From Rhynchopus sp. YZ270_cl-10 (Eukaryota): a DNA stretch of 64,000 bases. Location of the stretch: NCBI GenBank assembly GCA_964035575.1, contig OZ037838.1, forward strand, positions 1-64,000, read 5' to 3'. Position numbers and translations under genes: made by a program. Positions within the stretch are counted from its first letter, which is position 1, and every line of letters begins with the position of its first letter. Shown here one piece after another: positions 61,421-64,000 of this stretch. The notes under the pieces were generated by a model that ran no database searches, was not told the origin of the DNA, and worked only from the letters and a program-made list of their open reading frames with translations.

Positions 61421-61702
61421 TAGAAAACACTGTAAAAACAGCAAAATTGACTACACAGGTTTACGAGTTGACTGGGTAGTTGTATATGTATTGGTGTTTC
61501 CCTGCGGTGTGGGATGTATGTAGGAGGGAATGCCACCTTACCCTTTAACCAAATTTAATTCAGGCATTAGATGGATGGAGATGAATTAGATTTGTGGTCT
61601 GTAGCCCAGGAGATACCATTTTTTTGGTAGGTCCTACTTAATATATTTCTCTTATTCATTCCCCTCCCCAGAAAATCCTACGACACAAACAAAAACAACA
61701 AC

Positions 61703-62525
61703 ATGGACCCCAAGAAACCGACACCGTGGAGTGATGATTTGCAGTCCACCAATCTCCTTGCGGAAGCCCCGATGCTCCTTCCTACTCCAACTGAAGAAGG
61801 GCCTAATTCACAGCCGGATGATGAGCTCCCGGATGACGTTATCAGAAACAATGTGCTTAATGAGCCGGTTGATGATAGTCTTGCGGGTCTGATCACGGAT
61901 CTACATATCCAGATGGAGAAAACTAAAGAAATGTGCAGGCAACTCACAGAAGCTCACAACATGATCCGTTCAGCCCACAGCTTCTACACATCACTGGTAT
62001 GTAATATTACAGTTATTACTTTTAAATTCTTCTTAACACAGCATGAACGTGCGATTGAACACATCGTTAACCACCAAAACAAGAGGAGGAGGGTTGATAC
62101 ACCAAAGGTATAATGACTATTTGGTTTTATTCAACTGATACAAATAATAATCACAGCGCAATTCGAGGATGTCTCAGGAGGCTATAACACCTGAGACCCC
62201 CACACTTGAGACGCCCACACTTGAGACCCCCACAACACCGGAGACCCCCCCAACTCGTACTCGTACTCCAGCGAGGAGAGGAGTATGGGTTTGTGAAACG
62301 TGCAAGAAGGTTTGCGAAACCTTATCTGCACTTAATAACCACGTCAAAGTGCACGAGGAAAAATCTCCAAAACCCAGGAGGAATTACAAGAAAAAAAGCC
62401 CCCTGGTGACCACCCCCCAGGTTACCACACCCCAGGTTACCACACCCCAGGTTACCGCACCCCAGGTCACCACCCCCATCCCACTTCCAGAAGATGATGA
62501 CGATGATGATGAAGAATATTTTTAG
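61703..62525 (+). CDS. C2H2 zinc-finger protein: join(61703..61996,62042..62107,62157..62525), 242 aa
   Basis: GT..AG introns of 45 and 49 nt at positions homologous to cassette A. Finger WVCETCKKVCETLSALNNHVKVH and acidic EEYF end. Confidence 0.8.
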
Positions 62526-62987
62526 GAATTTTTATCATTATTTTTTACAGTAAATTTTTTTAGTAGTTGTAGTATTTGACAAAATGATCCCCGTAAAAAA
62601 TAGTGCTTCTGCGCATTCCCCCGCTTTTTTTCCCCTACTCAATTTATATTTTATAAAAAAAAGTCCACACCCATGAGGCGAGCGTTTTGGCATACGCTTG
62701 TAAGGACAGCCTTAAAAAAAACTTTCATCTGAAACAGAAGCGGTGTGGAAGCAAACAACAAACAATCTTTACTTTTTCCCTCCCGTTTTATGACACCATA
62801 AAAGAGAAAGGTGTCGCTCGAGCATTGTCTTCTGTTTTTAATTTTTCCGTTTTATTTGTATATTTTTTCAGACACAAAATATCAGATACAATAAAAAAAT
62901 AGAAAAAAAAATTTTTTTCTATTTTTCTGAAATAACAAAGTACATTTTTATTTATCAGCAGAAGGAAGAATAACACACAAACAAACT

Positions 62988-63464
62988 ATGACGTTCAACC
63001 CAATGTGGTATGAGATTCAGTCTAATCTGCTAGAAGGGGAGACAGCTATTGACCGTCCGGATCTGGTGCACCGCATCTTCTACCTCAAGGTGAAGGAGCT
63101 TGTAAATTATATCAGAGAAAAAAATGTTCTTGGGGATCACATTGCAATGGTGGTGGTGATGGAGTACCAGAAGAGGGGTCTGCCTCATGCTCACGCAATT
63201 CTTTGGAAAGACAACAGAACATCACCGAAGAACCCTTTAAATGTGGATCACATTGTACAACTCCCGGGACCATTCGCACACCCAAACCTCTACAAAGCTT
63301 TCAGTCAGTATCTGATGAACGACAGGTGGGTGGTTCAATACAATCTTCTCCTGAAATATCGGCGCCACAGAAACAATGAGGAAGTGCGCGGGGTCCTTGT
63401 TGTTAAGTATTTGTTTAAATACTTATTCAAGGGGGAGCCTGTGACAGGTCTATTGATGCAATGA
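62988..63464 (+). CDS. Miniature Helitron-type HUH Rep protein, 158 aa
   Basis: MTFNPMW, DRPDLV, EYQKRGLPHAH and KYLFKYLFKG. The N terminus is shorter than in copy A, so motif 1 is partly lost. Confidence 0.75.
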   Translation: MTFNPMWYEIQSNLLEGETAIDRPDLVHRIFYLKVKELVNYIREKNVLGDHIAMVVVMEYQKRGLPHAHAILWKDNRTSPKNPLNVDHIVQLPGPFAHPNLYKAFSQYLMNDRWVVQYNLLLKYRRHRNNEEVRGVLVVKYLFKYLFKGEPVTGLLMQ

Positions 63465-63776
63465 TTTGTGTGATAGAGTTGTGAACATAAGGGATAAAAA
63501 AAGAAAACAAAATACAAAATAGCGATAAGTGGGGATATGTCTTTGTGGGCTTGCGGGTTTTCGGGTTTTTTTGTCTCAGTTACTTTTTGTTTGTTATTTA
63601 TTTGTTTTCCGAATTTTTCCTACTCTTCCAATATATTTGTATATTTTGTCAGACACAGAATATCAAATCACATAATACAACAACAAAAAAGGAATGTCCT
63701 ATTTTTCCAATAATTCTGAGAACATTTTTATCCATCATCAGTCATTACAAACAGAAAAACATAACACACCATAACT

Positions 63777-64000
63777 ATGTTGGAAGGGGGATATCAAGAT
63801 CTCTATGGTCATATGATAGATGGAGATTTGGATGACTGCGCCAGAGAGCCCCCATCGAATGGATGGTCTAGATACCTGTCGGACATGCGTGAATCTTTGC
63901 GTCTCTCGGCTGAAACATCACAAATGCAGTTAGAAGATATAAATTTTTTCTGCAGCCAGTACGAAAGCTCTGCACCACACACTCAATACGATGTCTGTGA
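63777..64000 (+). CDS. 5' part of a second Helitron Rep-helicase (open to the window end)
   Basis: ATG at 63777 gives MLEGGYQDLYGHMIDGDLDDCAREPPSNGWSRYL..., homologous to MFEGGYQNLYGHMIEEDFDDCAREPPSKDWSRYL at 17780. Confidence 0.88.
   Translation, partial: MLEGGYQDLYGHMIDGDLDDCAREPPSNGWSRYLSDMRESLRLSAETSQMQLEDINFFCSQYESSAPHTQYDVC

Larger units (their letters stand above)
49058..64000. mobile_element. Putative giant cargo-carrying Helitron, cassette B (truncated by the window end)
   Basis: Same gene order as cassette A: module, ARF, actin, ORF410, CCCH, C2H2, mini-Rep, start of Rep-helicase. Confidence 0.45.

Noticed and set aside
49058..64000. Pure assembly duplication of cassette A
   Set aside because: The copies differ by many substitutions and indels and by a strongly diverged C2H2 exon. 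A haplotype misjoin still needs checking against reads.

Overview
Eukaryotic genomic DNA, most likely from a euglenozoan (diplonemid-like). This is inferred from a kinetoplastid-type actin, kinetoplastid-type CCCH fingers, an H(N/D)PY motif and short GT-AG introns. The window holds two diverged, co-oriented copies, about 46 kb apart, of one gene cassette. On the minus strand the cassette carries ARF, actin, a 409-aa HDPY-motif protein and a double CCCH protein. On the plus strand it carries a C2H2 zinc-finger protein, a stand-alone miniature HUH Rep and a 2015-aa Helitron Rep-Pif1 helicase with a C-terminal OTU-like domain. The second Rep-helicase is cut by the window end. The cassettes are framed by a recurring double-hairpin module, (GCGGGTTT)n arrays, a ~170-230-bp minisatellite and a ~20-kb array of a self-complementary ~600-bp unit. 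The most interesting reading is a giant cargo-carrying Helitron, or Helitron-driven amplicon, that carries intact intron-containing host genes plus a second mini-Rep. A plain segmental duplication containing a Helitron is not excluded, and canonical 5'-TC/3'-CTRR termini were not identified.
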